From Macrostomum lignano (Eukaryota), in assembly GCA_002269645.1 (NCBI GenBank), contig NIVC01000620.1, positions 186,001 to 250,000 on the forward strand: a DNA stretch of 64,000 bases. The letters run 5' to 3'. A program made the position numbers and the translations under genes. The notes below the pieces were generated by a model that had not been told where the DNA came from, ran no database searches, and saw nothing but the letters and a program-made list of their open reading frames with translations. Shown here piece after piece: positions 47,613 to 61,147 of this stretch (position 1 is its first letter; every line of letters starts with the position of its first letter).

Positions 47613-50600
47613 AGTCTTAATTTATTTGCACCACGGTGCAGATAAATGCCGCTACCTCCTCGTGGTCAGAGTGGAGAGCCGCGCTTAACTGCTGCGGCGG
47701 CCAAATGCGGCAGGACTAAGCGAGGGCAGCGGAGCGCCCGTCGGCGTGTTGAGCGTCGGCGTGAGCGGAACCGACGAGGCCGGCTGCGTGGCGCCGCCCG
47801 TCGAACTGCCGCGCGGGTCCACTCAGATCCTCCGGGTGGCGCCGGGGACCGTGAGGCTCAACTGCATCAAGCCCCAGCCGTACCACAGGGCATGCTTCGG
47901 GTCGGGACGCTGAACTGCCGCACTCTCAAGGCTACTTGGCGTAGAGGTGTGCTGGCGAAGCTAGCGTACGACCTGAGCTGCGACGTCATTTCGCTACAGG
48001 AGGTGTCTATCAAGGCCGACCCGGGACTTCATTGTGAGGACTTGGGCGCCGGGTGGACCCTCTTCTATACTTCTGCGGACCAGCGAGGTCGTGGAGGAGT
48101 TGGAGCGCTGATCGGGCCGAGGCTGCAGCAGAGCTGTCGCTGCGTCTCCCCCCCCCCCCCGGTTGCTTCGGATCGACGTCCGGCTTCGCGGTCGGAATGC
48201 TCGCCTGTTCTGCGCGTACGCGCCCCCTGCCACACGCCCTGACGAGGCTCAAGAGTTTTTTGAGCAGCTCTCAGCGCAGGTAGAGGCGACGGCGCAGCGT
48301 GACACAGCGGTCGTCCTCGGAGACCTGAACGCAGACCTGCGTAGGTCCGAGAGGTCGCTGTTCGTGACGTGGTGGGAACAACAACACCGAGGCATTGGAG
48401 GACTTCCTGGAGAGGCAGGACATGGTGTCGGCCAACACCCGCTTCCGCAAGCCACTGAGTGGTCTCGCAACCTTCGTGGGCTGCAAGCGGAGGCGACGGA
48501 ACGCGCGTGGCAGGAACGCAACCCGGAGACAAGCACAGCTCGACCACGTGCTCGTACGTTTCCGTGAGCGTCGTCGCGCCGTCAACTGCCGTACCATCAC
48601 GCCGCTGGCTCTGCGGTCCGATCACCGGCTCCTCATCTGCAACCTCAACCTTCGCGATCCGCTCTACCGTCCGCCGAAGCGGCCACCGCAGCGCTACTAC
48701 CGCGCGCTCAGAACCACCGATACGCAGCGTCGCTTTGCTAGCGCCTTTAACGCCGCGCTGGGCGACAAGCGTGGAAGTGCCGAGTATGCGGAAGTTTGCG
48801 CTGCAGTCAGAACCGCCGCGGAGCAAGCAGTCCCGATGATGCAACCGGCTCAACGTGGGAAGCCGGTCTGGCAGGACGACCCCGCGATTCAGGCAGCGAG
48901 GGAAGATCTGGAGAGGCTCCGCTTGAGCAGGCGACCAACCCGCGAGGCAGAGGTAGCTCTGGCAGCTGTCTACCTGCAGCGCCAACAAGCGGATGTCGAT
49001 GACGCCATTCAGGCTGTCTCTGCCGCTGGGCCCGATGCCAGAGGGCGCGTGGCCTGGTCCACCATCAACGCTCTGACGGGGCGAAAGCGGCGCAATCCAC
49101 TGAACTGGCTGGTGACACTCCGGACGAGCGCAGGAACGAGCTGCGCGAGTTCTTCGCCGCCATCTTTAACGCGCCGCCACCCCCGCTGCCAGACAATCTG
49201 ACACTGCCGCCGGAGACGCCGTTGCCGGCAGAGGAGAGTTTCAGCGTAGCCCCAGTCAACGCAGCCGACGTTGTCAAGCTCGCCCAGCAGTCACCGGGCG
49301 GGTCCGGACGAGGTGCCTATCGAGGCGTTGCGCATCCCCTGTGTTGCCGCTGAGGTCGCCAGAGTGATGAACCGCGTGCTCTTCGGTGAGGCGGCGCCCA
49401 ACGAATGGACCACGGCGCACATCGTCGCTGTTCCAAAGAAGCCGGGCATCACTAGGCTTGAAGACCATCGAGGCATCTGCCTTCAGTCCTGTGCAGCGAA
49501 GCTGTTCAACCGGATGCTGCTTTCGCGGTTGCAGCCCGTGCTGGATCCGTACCTGCGCCCAGAGCAGAACGGGCTCCGGCCCTATCGCGGCACAGTGGCG
49601 CAGATCCTGGCTCTTCGCGGAGTCATCGAGGAGGCGTGGATTCGCCAGTCGATCCTGATTCTAATCTTTATTGATTTCAAGAAGGCATTCGACTCGGTTG
49701 TCAGAGCCGTGCTTCCAATGGTTCTCCGCGCGTACAACGTGCCTGGGCAGCTGATCTCCGCCATCATGGCGATGTATCGTGATACGACAGCTGCTGCGAC
49801 AACACCGGACGGCCTATCGGACTCCTTTAAGATATTCTCCGGAGTGCTTCAGGGAGATACGCTGGCGCCGTTCCTGTTCGTCCTGGTGCTTGACTGGGTG
49901 CTGCGGACTGCTCTTCCTACCGACGACGACGGCTTTCTGCTGCGGCGACGCGTGGGTCGACGTCAACCGGAGAAGCGGCTCATCGTGCTTGGCTACGCCG
50001 ACGACCTCGCCCTGCTATCCTCGACCGTCGAGGGCGCCCTACGGCAGCTGGACAGGCTAGTTGCCGTTGCGGCGAGCGTCGGCCTGGTGGTCAACACGCA
50101 GAAGACCGTTGTGCTCTGCGTGCCGGACGACATCGAGGCTGCAATATTCTGCCGAGGCGCTGACGGGCAGGCGACCGAGCTCCCGCGATGTCAGCAGTTC
50201 TTCTACCTCGGCGGTCTGGTTCCAGACGCTCGCGAGGACCTGCGACGCTGCCGCGGACTTGCCTGGGCTGACTTTCGTTCTGTGAGGGCAGTCCTGCAGT
50301 CCGAGGCCCTACCGGACCGCCAGAGGGCGGCGCTGTTCCAGGCGGTAATCGAGACCGTCCTGCTCTACAACGCCGAGACCGTCCTGCTCTACAACGCCGA
50401 GACCGTCCTGCTCAACAACGCCGAGAACTAGACGCTGACGGACTCGCTCAAACAGCAAGTCGATGCGGCGCACGCTGGCCTGCTGCGCGCCTCCTTCAAC
50501 ATCGGCGTCGAGCGAGTCAACAACGCGGCACTCTATCGCCGCGCTGGCCTGCCACGTCCAAGCGATCTACTGCGCCGTCGGCGACTCCAGCCCGCAGGCC

Positions 50601-50838
50601 ATCTCATCCGCGCCGAGTCGTACTGCCCACAGCCGGTGCAGGAGGTGCTGCTGCTCACGCTGCCGGCACCCTACCGGCGAGGTCAAGCGCGAACTCGGCG
50701 TTACGTAGACTGTCTGCTGGCTGACGCTGGCGCCTCGGACACTGCCGGTGGCGCGGCCTTTGTTCGCGCCCAAGCCATGAAGCGCGCCCTGCGACGCTGA
50801 CTTTTGCCATCCTGACAGCGTATTTTGTTGTTGTTGTT
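47613..50838 (+). mobile_element. APE-type LINE (RTE-like), near full length, frameshifted
   Basis: APE motifs GTLNCRTL, LQEV, GDLNA, LDHVL and SDH; RT motifs FIDFKKAFDSV, GVLQGDTLAPFLF and YADD. (TTG)n tail; candidate 10-bp TSD GCAAAATCAA (47603-47612, 50839-50848). Confidence 0.9.
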
Positions 50839-51013
50839 GCAAAATCAATTGCAAAAAGGAACAGTTTAAAGCCACTTTTACTCTAGGCATTACTTTGTGC
50901 ATAGTAAATGAATTCTTAGGAGGCTCACCCATTGTTCATTCTCAGGGTGTTCGGGCCATTGCCGCACCTCCTGCAATGTAAAATTCCAGGCTACGTCCTG
51001 TCGATTTGCGTTT

Positions 51014-51280
51014 CCCAATGTAGAGATAGGGCTCATATCTCCGCAGTGCTCAGCTGTCCCCAATGTAGAGATAGGGCTCATCTCTCCGCAGTGCTTAGCC
51101 GTCCCCAATGTAGAGATAGGGCTCATATCTCCGCAGTGCTCAGCCGTCCCCAATGCAGAGATAGGGTTCACATCTCTGTAGTGCTCAGCCGTCTTCAATC
51201 TATCCATAGAGATGGGTCTCACATCTCCGCAGTGCTCAGACATCCCCAATGCAAAGAGATAGGGCTCATATCTCCGTAGT
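51014..51280. repeat. 45-bp minisatellite with an internal GAGAT...ATCTC stem
   Basis: About 6 units of ccccaatgtagagatagggctcatatctccgcagtgctcagccgt. Confidence 0.93.
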
Positions 51281-54095
51281 GTATTTTTCCTTCATTTGCA
51301 TTGCCGCCTATCTCGCCAGTGCTAGTGCGGCAGTACCATAATTCGCCCTACTACTGTCATAAAACTTGACCTTCTTGCCGTTTTTGGCGTTTACCTTGAT
51401 ACCGTTTTTGCCAAGCCAGTATTGGAGGATTCGTATGTATTTTTGGAGGTGTGTAGAAGCAATTTCGTTGTTTAGTGAATAAGAGCAAGGCGGTGGTTTG
51501 TTTAGGTTTTTTTAACAAAAATTAGATCAGTACAAGAGTTAGAAATCTGAAGTTTTTATACTACGCCATAAGATAGGTAGGAAAGTATGAAATGCCCAGG
51601 TGCAATGAAGGGCGAGGCAGAAAAGCACAATGTAACGCCCCAGATAGCCTTTAAAAGGGCAAACAGAAGCAGCATTAAGATAATTAATCAACTGTCAAGT
51701 CAAATTTGAATGACCGAATCTAATAAAGCCCCTTTCCATTCCAGTGAGTAGCAACACCCCGCCTCAGGCACAATGGCGCTCAAACCGGCCGGGAGAAGCA
51801 AACCGAGGAGAGGCCCGGTTGAGACAGCAATGACGTCAAAAAGAGCAATCGGCCCGTGGCACGCGTCAGAACCTGGCGAACTTTGGAGGAGAAACGCACG
51901 GCCCGCCCACGGACTTCTATTCAACCTGAAGCTGCACAAGAGGGCGAGATCAACCCCAAGTAGCTTGACAACTGAGAGAGAGAGAGAAAGGACTGCATCA
52001 ACCATATCAACCATGGACAGAGTTAAGAGAAGGAAAATTAAGCTCTTTGTCTTTGTAATCCTTCTATCTCAAAATTTACCCAACTCAACGCATAGATTTG
52101 CAAAACTCCCAAATAATCTCTAACCCACACACTTAGCAACTTACTAGAACTAACTAAATTCGTGTACAACTAGGAGAATGAGTCCCAGATTTTTTATTGC
52201 TGAAAACCCCCGCCGTTGCTAACCACGCGAAGACACCCCACCGGCGGCGGGGGAGGTAAAAAATGCCAATCTGTATAAAATAGACGCCCATCTCAAACCG
52301 GAGCGGTGCTACTTTCTCGCGCGGTTTCAGATCTTAACCCGCTCTATTTGTGTTGGTCTCATGGATTATCCAGTTGGCTTAAATCTAAGTCTTGAAATCA
52401 ATTATTTGCCTTAAAAGGTTACACAGAGCGAATTAATATTCGTGTGATTCAATTCAGGTTCTTGATTCTTGCAGTCACACGGGGGGAATGATTTCCGACA
52501 CATTTTTAACCAGTGTCATGAACTCTTCAAGCCAGCGATAGACAGCACTCTTTGAGATCGCGCTTACTCCGTGGATTTCAGTCAGCTGGCTAACAATTTC
52601 GCTACCTCGCTTCCCCAATTTCTACTGGGAGAACACGAACTGGCGCTGACCTTCTTTCGACGAAACGCTAAACATTGAACAATTGAATATGGAAAAAAGA
52701 AAATCCACTCAAGCACCACATCGATTTCCGAGATTGTCTATTGTTTCTGTTGGTGTCAGTGCTGTTTCTTTTGTCAACTCTGCTTCTGGTTTTACTGCTT
52801 CTGCCTTCTTTTTGCCTAATTTTCCCACTATTTTTGGGACACCCATTGAATGAGTTATCTAGACTTTAGAGTGATGCACGGCTATCTCATAACTGTTTAC
52901 ACTTAAATTAGACATTTAATATTGCAGTAAAATTTGCTCATTCTAGTGTAATTTGAACCTCAGTTTCTCTACTAAATCTGGAGCACAAGCACTTACATGT
53001 AACTCGCGCAGCATACGGCTGGATATTATCAAATAATGATTAAAAGTAATGAAAATCGTTTAAGTCACTGCACTAGTCCTTAAACTCCGCGTGTCCAACG
53101 TTGATATTTATTGGTGACAGTAAAGAATTATTAAATAAATTAGATAGTACAAATGGTGGGCAGAAAGCTACATGCAGGAAACAAATTACGTCGTATGAGT
53201 TAAAAGCAGGCGGCAGTACGACATCGCAAGAACGATTTAAAAATGCCTAAACCATGCCACAGACGACATGTTGACTCGATCCCTGCTGAAAACGGTCCGT
53301 GCAGTTCAAGGCGGCGTAGTCACTGGCATCTCTGTTTTCGCTGAGGGGGGAGTCGAACTGATGCTATTCCGGGCGACGGTTCTCTCCGGAGTCCGGGATC
53401 AGGGGATTGGGACTTGACGAAATAACTATAAGGTTGGATCAAAGGTGATATCTTGGGTCAGTTTAATCTATGATTGATTGCTGATTGCTGATTGATTGCT
53501 GATCCTAGGGCTGGGGGCTCGTCCAGGGTGAGCATGAATCTGCGTCAGGTGATTTCCGAGGTTGGGGACTGGTCTACTAGCAGCAGATCGTGAAAGGTAC
53601 TGGAAACATCAGGTGGGGAAGGAAACGAAGTATTTTAGATATCAGGCAAAATGAGCAGCTTATATAGAGCTGGAATCGCGTCTTATGCGCGTGGCTAGTG
53701 ATGCACAAGACCTTGAACTGCGCTGGACCTCACCTGCCTAGCCCTACGTTGATTGGCTAATAGAATCTGGTTTGGAAGAGATGGCTTATGAGAGGGGAGT
53801 TCATTTGGTGAATTCCGGTTCAGTGATTTCGAACAATGGAACGGAGGTTGAAGAAGGGGGAAAGGAATGGGATTTGCGTAGTGATGAGTTATCGGATGAA
53901 CCTTATGGCGGAAGGGGCCTGGATATCCAGGGTTCTGATCGCGTTCGGTGGACTTAAACCGTCATTATTAAGGCGTTGGTTTGGCTACCAAATCATAATA
54001 ATCAGCCTGGTTGATCTTTGTTACCTTAAAAGTCATTAGCTTGTACATACACGCATTTTCTGTCTTTCAGTAAGTTACGTCAATTGTTGATAACA

Positions 54096-55700
54096 TCAGT
54101 CAGAGTGTACTTGACGCTCCGGATCCAGCTGCCAAGTAATGAAAAGGACGCCTCTGCCTTTGATCTGCACCAACTTGAACTCTGTCTCACCATCAGCGGT
54201 CAAAGTGTATCGGGGTTTCTTAGACAATGGTAATCTTACCAAAAACGATATGCTACGGAACAGATTGAAGTCAGCCGAGGTTGGCTGGCTTCCCGTAATC
54301 GTGAAAACCCTGTCAATATTGTCTTCAATCTTAAAGAAACTTATCCATATGTCATCTTTGAAAGACCTGCAGCAAACAAGCTTTTCTGTGATAGTACAGA
54401 TGGTGAACACATCGCAGCGGTCAGACAATATTAACATTCGATCCCGAACTGCCATGCGAGTGTCTTTCTTAATAAGCTCGCAATCATGAGGCACTGGAAA
54501 AGTCATTTGAATCTGATTAGAATCTTTGTTGAGCCCTAAAATTGTTAAATCATCACTCTGCTCTTTAATCAAAGCGAACAACTTGTCGCAGTTTCCAGCA
54601 ATGCAGTACAGCTTCTTAGTACTTTCGTGCAACTCAGTGATGCAGATTCTTGACTTGTGAGCTCCGCTGAGGTCGGTCACTGTCACCGCTTGCTCTTGAG
54701 CGATGAACAGCAGCTGTCGCTCATTGTCGCAGTGGAGATCTCAGATTGGCTGATCGGCCTCCCAGCTGCAGGCCAGGCGACCCACAATATCCGCATCAGG
54801 AGACAGGAGCAGAATTTTGGATTCAGGAAAGTTTTTGACGCCTCTAGTATCGGCTTCGCTATCCGAGCTCTCCGAGGCAACCTGAACCTCAACAGCTACA
54901 AAAATGCTCGGCTGAGGCAGTCGGCTGGGATCTGTAGAATGCTCGGCAGACTTCTTAACGATATCCGAGTCATGTATGACGAACCCAGCGGTGTTGTTGC
55001 ACACGGTAAGACACGTGGCTTTCTCGCTTTCTTGAAGCTTTGCTTCTTTTCTGCTTTCCTTTGCTTTCAGCTGAATTTTATTGCATCGGACAGAGTCCGA
55101 AACGTCGATCTGTTCAACATACTTTTTTAACATTGTCAGCTCGGATTTTACGGCATTTTGCAGCTCCCTTACTGACGAGTTCAAATCTGGATAAGCGACA
55201 AGCTCGACTTCCCCTTCATCCTCATCCATTCTCACCAGCTTCGAGTCCAACTGAAGCGTCCTTAGCGATGCCTCCAAGCTCCTGTTGATGAGGAAGACCT
55301 GCCTCATATTGTTGTTATTCTTTGCTTGCTTTAACTCTCTCTCAGAGTCTCCCAGCTCCGAGACACTTGATAGAGAGACCATTAGCTCGTCATGCTGTTT
55401 AGTAACGACAGCACAGAGCTCACTTTGGCACCGGTCCAATGTCTCTCTCAGTTCGGCGAATGAGTCATCAAGAAGCTGCAGGTCAGACGCGAGTCTCTGC
55501 TGCATCAGTCTTATTGGCGCTTGATATGCCTTGAAGTGATGTATCCTCTCAGCGACTGAGGCTTCCAACGCGTCTAATTCAGCAAAATCGTTTTGCAGGT
55601 GCGAGACGCAGAGAGGCTGAAAGGTGATTGGAGAATCGCTTGTAGCAGCACTGCGGCAGAGTCGCACGGAACAGCGACAAGGTGACTCCATAGCTTGCAA
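54096..55700 (-). pseudogene. Intronless Zn-finger/coiled-coil/beta-rich (TRIM-like) paralogue with one nonsense codon
   Basis: Colinear with 57876-59525. QPI*DLH versus QPIRDLH is a CGA-to-TGA-type stop at 54741-54743; the frame continues to 54096. Confidence 0.8.
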
Positions 55701-57553
55701 TTGGTTTTAATTTCGAGGCAGTTACAGGTAGCTCGTCTTCGTTTCTGTAAGGAGTTTCTTAAGTCTAAGACTCGTACGTCCAGTTAAAAGTGTACTGCGC
55801 CGTACGTTCACAATGCGAATTAAAGCTGATGAAGGCTTCATTTGTGCTTTTTACGAGCGCTCGTAGTAGTAGGGTTCTAATTTCCTGCACTAGAGGGCCA
55901 AAATTGCAGGCTATTCATGCACAACTTAATTGTACTTAGAGAATGCTCTGTAGGATAGAAAAGCTGAAATATCAGGCCAAACCTTACAAATACTGCTGTA
56001 GAGGCTGCGTCAGAACATTTTGTGGGCCGTTTTGATGCAGTTGGTGCAGATATGATGCTAGAGATGCAAATTGATAACTGAAAAGCATAAGAATAGCGGG
56101 TCATAGCTGGGTTGCAGACAGTCTAAGTAGTATGCTAGTAGAAGGACGGTTTTTTATTGTTCTAACTAAATATGAACAATTAATGGCTAAAAGTGAAATT
56201 TTATTGATTTTTCTATCCAGAAGACACAAACAAAGTTTTTTTGACTGATCAAACTTACTGACACTTGGTTTTTACCAGGGCAAAAAAACAAAAGCACCAA
56301 AAAATTACAACTCATCGTTTTTCTCATTTGTTCTTTGTAATAAATTAAACCTCGTATGCTTTGATCCTTCAATTAAAACAATACACTCGGAAAAGCATCG
56401 CAATGCCGCCGATAGTCTAGCAATGAAAGTGATAGCGATAGATAACAATAGGCGATGGTTTGTCCTGATAGAAACGATTCGTTGTCTTTAGTGATCACCA
56501 TTATCCCCCTCTTAAAGCAGCCTTCTCAGACACAGCCTCCACCTGTAGCAACGCACTTCTCCCGTCGCGTGAAACGCATCAAAACAGCATGTCTGGGAAG
56601 ACAATAGGGGAGACTGCGCCGGAATTTCTCTCCCAAATGATCTCTGCACCAACTCACCTCAAACGATCAAGGAAGTTACGTAAGCAGAAGATCCAGTATG
56701 AGTGAATTAACTCACAACAGTGGTTCAGAAACCACTGGGCCTGAAAATCAACGCTTTTTAAATTCGCTGACACTTTTACAAAATTTTGTGACGAATACCG
56801 ATTAACAATGCCAGGTTAAAACGCAAATGGGTTGAAAGTTAACGATATTTGCTTAATGTGATTATGGAAACTTCCAGCGATCGTGGTGGTAGCACCTGAA
56901 TCCCAAGCGGACTCAGATTGATGCAAAACGAGTTAGAATCTAACTTCTAATGAGCTAATTAATCAATGTATATACAGTCACACTGAACTATGCAACTAAA
57001 TAGTTCTATCGATCTATCGAGTCTAATGCAGGGAGTTCAATAGGCAACGACTACTCGCTCTGAGCTCCGCACAACGCCCGCTTGGAAGAAACCCGATTCA
57101 AATTGTATTTTATATGAACGCAACCCTTACTTAATAAAACAAATATCAGTCAAGTTACTGCGCTACTTACAAACTTTTCTTCAGCAACGCAAGATGTTAA
57201 ATTACTCGTACATATTTTAATAGATGGCGCAAGCAATTACAGAAATCGAATAAGTGACTAACCCCAAAATAGGATAACGACAGAAGTGACATCGTCACAA
57301 TTTAAATAACAACAAAGTTGTTCCATTTCAACCGTGATAAAGATGGAAACATGGAAAAATGACAGCTCTTGTCTGCGAATAGTACAGATTAAAATTATCT
57401 AATGGAAAAATCGAACGTCTAATCAATCGATTATGATAGCATACATATTAGTTCTGACATCACAGAGTTCTGATGAGAAGCACATGATAGGGTAAAAAAA
57501 CTTTCTACGATTAAAAAGCTAAAGACTTTTTTACTTTAACAGCTAAAACAAAC

Positions 57554-57772
57554 GGGATGTCAACTTAAGCACCAGAATGGAGCCCGAAGTTCAGCTTCGA
57601 AGTTGACATGAGATCCCCAGTTTATCCCCTTTATCCCCTGGGACCCCAAGGAACGGACCCGGATGGGATGTCTCGGCGATTCTTGTCGTCTGGGCCGACG
57701 AGTTATCGATTGCAGTCGGTTCGGTCCGGAGCTGAACTTCGGGCCCCATTCCGGCGCTTAAGTTGACATCCC
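57554..57772. mobile_element. MITE-like element with ~46-bp imperfect TIRs
   Basis: gggatgtcaacttaagcaccagaatggagcccgaagttcagct ... agctgaacttcgggccccattccggcgcttaagttgacatccc. No clear TSD. Confidence 0.75.
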
Positions 57773-57875
57773 CTTTAACTCAAATTTTCTTTATTGTTGA
57801 TTGTTTAACTAAATAAAGACTACTGAAAATCGATATCAAGTCGGTATGATTGTGCTACACCAAAACAGTCGGAGT

Positions 57876-59525
57876 TCAGAATTCAAAAACGCGCTGCCTC
57901 AAGGAATTGTTAGCCACATCGAAGGCCACGCAGCGCTTGCCGTCAGTGCTAAACTCAATCGCCGAGTCGTCGGTGAACGGAACTTTGATTGCAGCACCGA
58001 AGTAGGGCGTTCCGAAGCCGCTGCTCACCTGCTGAGCAACGAGAGCGGCCATGTTTCGGTTGCCTCGCAGCAGTTCAGCATTCAAGTCGAACTTTCCTTT
58101 GTCCTGAGCACTGTTCGAGGCCAGCAGCATCCCAGTGATGGAGCACACTGTGTGCAGCTTCTCACCGTTATCAATGAACAGCATGCGGTCCCTCACCGAA
58201 ATCCGAGGCCTGGCGCCCGCCTTGTCGATGCCGGTCACCGCGAGCTTCAGCTGGACTTCGTTCGACTTCTTGGACAGTCCGAAAATCATCGGCTTGCCGT
58301 CAGCTCGCTCGGCGAGGATGAACAGCTTGTCAGAGTCTCCGGCGATGCAGCGCAGCTTCTGCACGTCATCTTGCAGGTCGGAGATACCGACTCGAGACTG
58401 CTCCACTCCGCACATGTCGGCGATGATCAGCTGTCGATCTTGAGCGATGAACAGCAGTTGCAGTTTTGTGTCGGAGTGAAGGTCTCTGATGGGCTGATCC
58501 CAGCTGCCGGGTACCTTGCCGACCTCCTCGGAGTCGAATGAAAACAAAACGACATTTTTCTCGCTGGCAGAACGATCCACGGCGACAAGAATGGATTTGG
58601 GAGGCAGCTGACGTGTTTCAGACACTTGGGTCACTTCTGCAGTTGCTGTCTGAGATACGTCGATGACTTCAGTAGCTGTCTGAGATGCTTCGATGACTTC
58701 AGTAGTTGGCTGATGTATTTGAGTGTCTTCAGAAGCTGGTTGAGGCACTCGCTTTGTACGCGACTTATGATGTCCACTCGCTGTTTTAGCTTTAACGATG
58801 CTACCAGATCCGTCAAGAGCAAAGCCCTCAGTGCTATTCCACACTGTCAAGCAAGACGGGGTTCCGATGAGTCGGACATTGTTTTGTTTTGGAACTACAT
58901 CAGTACTTGGACCACCCTGGCTTTTGCAAGCGCGAATATCAAGGCTTTTAACCAATTTCTGAGCAAGCTGAAGCGACATCTCGAAGCTCATCTGCAGGTT
59001 TCTAACCATCGAGTTGACATCCGGGAAGGCAGCCATCGTGACCTCGGTTTTCCCTTCATTCATGCACACAAGCTCTGAGTTAAGCTCAAGTGACTCAAGC
59101 GACTTGTCCATATTCTCCGTGATGAGGAAAGCCTGTCTCAGGTCGCTCTCGTTTTTCGCCGTCCTAAGCTCCGTCTCAAGATCGTCAACCACGGCTAGAG
59201 TCGCAAGAGACTCCGACACCTTTTCGTAGTGCTCGCTGACGGCTTCAGTGAGCTCCGCCTGGCACTTTTCGAATGAGTCGCGCAGATCTTGAAAGGTGTC
59301 ACAGAGAAGCTCCAGGTCGAACGCCAGCCTCTGCTGCATGAGACGCAGCGGGCGCTGGTAATTGCGGAAGTGAGCGATTCTCTCCGCCACAGCGGCCTCC
59401 GCATTCTCGCACTTGCGCAGGTCGGCCTGCAGGTGGTGCTCACAGAGCGGCTGGTCCGAGATCGGAGACTTACTGGCTGACGGATTTCTGCACAGTCTCA
59501 CGAAGCAAGTCGCTTTGGTGTCCAT
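57876..59525 (-). CDS. Intronless 549-aa protein: N-terminal Cys/His Zn motif, coiled coil, Thr/Glu repeat linker, beta-rich C-terminus (TRIM/NHL-like architecture)
   Basis: Long intact ORF; CFVRLC...PLCEHH motif conserved with its paralogue. Family not identified. Confidence 0.7.
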   Translation of the reverse strand: MDTKATCFVRLCRNPSASKSPISDQPLCEHHLQADLRKCENAEAAVAERIAHFRNYQRPLRLMQQRLAFDLELLCDTFQDLRDSFEKCQAELTEAVSEHYEKVSESLATLAVVDDLETELRTAKNESDLRQAFLITENMDKSLESLELNSELVCMNEGKTEVTMAAFPDVNSMVRNLQMSFEMSLQLAQKLVKSLDIRACKSQGGPSTDVVPKQNNVRLIGTPSCLTVWNSTEGFALDGSGSIVKAKTASGHHKSRTKRVPQPASEDTQIHQPTTEVIEASQTATEVIDVSQTATAEVTQVSETRQLPPKSILVAVDRSASEKNVVLFSFDSEEVGKVPGSWDQPIRDLHSDTKLQLLFIAQDRQLIIADMCGVEQSRVGISDLQDDVQKLRCIAGDSDKLFILAERADGKPMIFGLSKKSNEVQLKLAVTGIDKAGARPRISVRDRMLFIDNGEKLHTVCSITGMLLASNSAQDKGKFDLNAELLRGNRNMAALVAQQVSSGFGTPYFGAAIKVPFTDDSAIEFSTDGKRCVAFDVANNSLRQRVFEF

Positions 59526-59699
59526 TCTTGTGTCCGAAATTCAGTGAGTGATTAAGCTTTGGAGTGACTAAGAAATGAAAGCCTGTAAGCGTTACGAAAA
59601 TGTGATGCTGCTAATACAATAGAACTACGAGGCAGTATGTGGGCTGTATTTACTGCAATCCCGGAATGTTTATAGCCATGTAATTCATTACACGTACAG

Positions 59700-59890
59700 T
59701 CCGAGACAACGTGTACGTAGGCAATGTGCAAAGTTTTTAGCCTGCACATGTACGGCATGCGAAGTTCCGCTTTTTCTAAAGCCGATGTAGCTGCATCTGC
59801 ATTTCATGTACAGGCCGAGATTACGTGCAAGGGCGAAATGTGCAAAGTTTTATCCTGTACGGCATGCGAAGTTCCGCTTTTTTCGAAGCT
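59700..59890. repeat. Imperfect direct duplication upstream of the 549-aa gene
   Basis: atgtgcaaagtttt...tgtacggcatgcgaagttccgctttt occurs twice. Confidence 0.7.
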
Positions 59891-61147
59891 GATTTAGGCA
59901 CTTGCTGGTCTAGTGACGGGGAAATGCCTGGCCAACTGAGCAACGTGTTTTGTAAAGTACTGCGTCTGTGACCTTTTACGAGTACGTGGGGAGCAGCCTA
60001 AGTACTGTGGGTTAGCGATCGCGTCGTGGAGGGGCCGCTCCAGGCTTGGATTGGCTCTCTGCGCTGTGCTTTCTCTTTCACTGCTGTCTCGCGGGGGGGG
60101 GGGTGTGCGTTCGAGCCTCCTCATCTCAACCCGTTGGGTGTTTTTCTATGCCGCCGCCCGGGGCTGCTGCCCGGTCTCTCCCTTGCACGCTAATTTTTTC
60201 TCCATGCGCCCTTATTCTATCCTATCTTTTTCAATCACCGTTTTTATACTGTTGTACGCTCGTATTTGAGTGCGCGGCGGACATGGGCTTGTCTAAATGG
60301 CAAACTTGACATATTAAAACTCCACACCTGACTCCGCGATTCTCTGCGGCACCAATGGAACACCAATCCTGTAGATTGATTTCGTCTGGTGGACTGTCCA
60401 CTCCATTTTAACGCCGGGCAGCACTTGTCTGAATTTAACTGCTCTGCGTCTTGAAATTAATGCGCAGCCACAGACGGTGTTTTGACCATAGACAAAAGTA
60501 GAAACATTGTTGAATATGATTGGCAGTGTCTTAAAAATGAATGTTCAAATTTCTAAAATTCTATAGTGTATGTACTACTGTTAGTATAACACTTACCTAA
60601 CTTTTACTTCTAATCCAATCTGTACTTCTCGCTTCTAAGCTCTTATTACCCAACGGTCCAACACGGCACTTCGATGTGCCAGCGGCCCAGGCTCGATTCC
60701 AAGTGCAGTCACATTAATTTGGGGCTGAATTGGAATCTCGGCTTGGCTCTGCTCGTGCAATTAATGACTAACGCCATTGAGGGCCAACCCCCGAGGAACA
60801 GTGAAGTGTATATGCCTAACGATAAATAAAGTTAGGGCCGCTGTACACTCCTGTGTGAGTGTGTGCCTGCTCAGCGAAATCGGCGGAATGGGCAGTAATG
60901 CCTCTCGCCGGTTATGTGAAAATGCCGCTTAAAAGTTCCCACAGCCCTTGACACTAATAAAAAACCCATTACTGTAAGTAGCTAATTAGCACTTTAAGTT
61001 TCAGATAAAAATCTGAATAAAAAACTTTAACAGAATCGAAGGCAGCAATGATTTTGTCTGTTTTTTCAATAGTAAATGATTAACAGTTATCGCCACTCTG
61101 ATAGAAATCGCAAAATCTTAATTAGTAGTATAACAAGTTAAAGCCAA

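Noticed and set aside
42381-50932. Many overlapping antisense and alternate-frame ORFs over the Helitron and LINE (similar ones over the piggyBac and Polinton)
   Set aside because: Shadow ORFs of GC-rich coding sequence with no motifs of their own.
51014-51280. Palindromic 45-bp repeats as a CRISPR array (also the 21-bp and 30-bp arrays)
   Set aside because: Units are head-to-tail with no unique spacers, there are no cas genes, and the context is eukaryotic.
51631-52480. Possible solo LTR starting TGTAACGCCC
   Set aside because: No matching CA end with a TSD could be found, and there is no partner LTR.
53400-54035. Another LTR-like promoter segment
   Set aside because: No verifiable termini or TSD.
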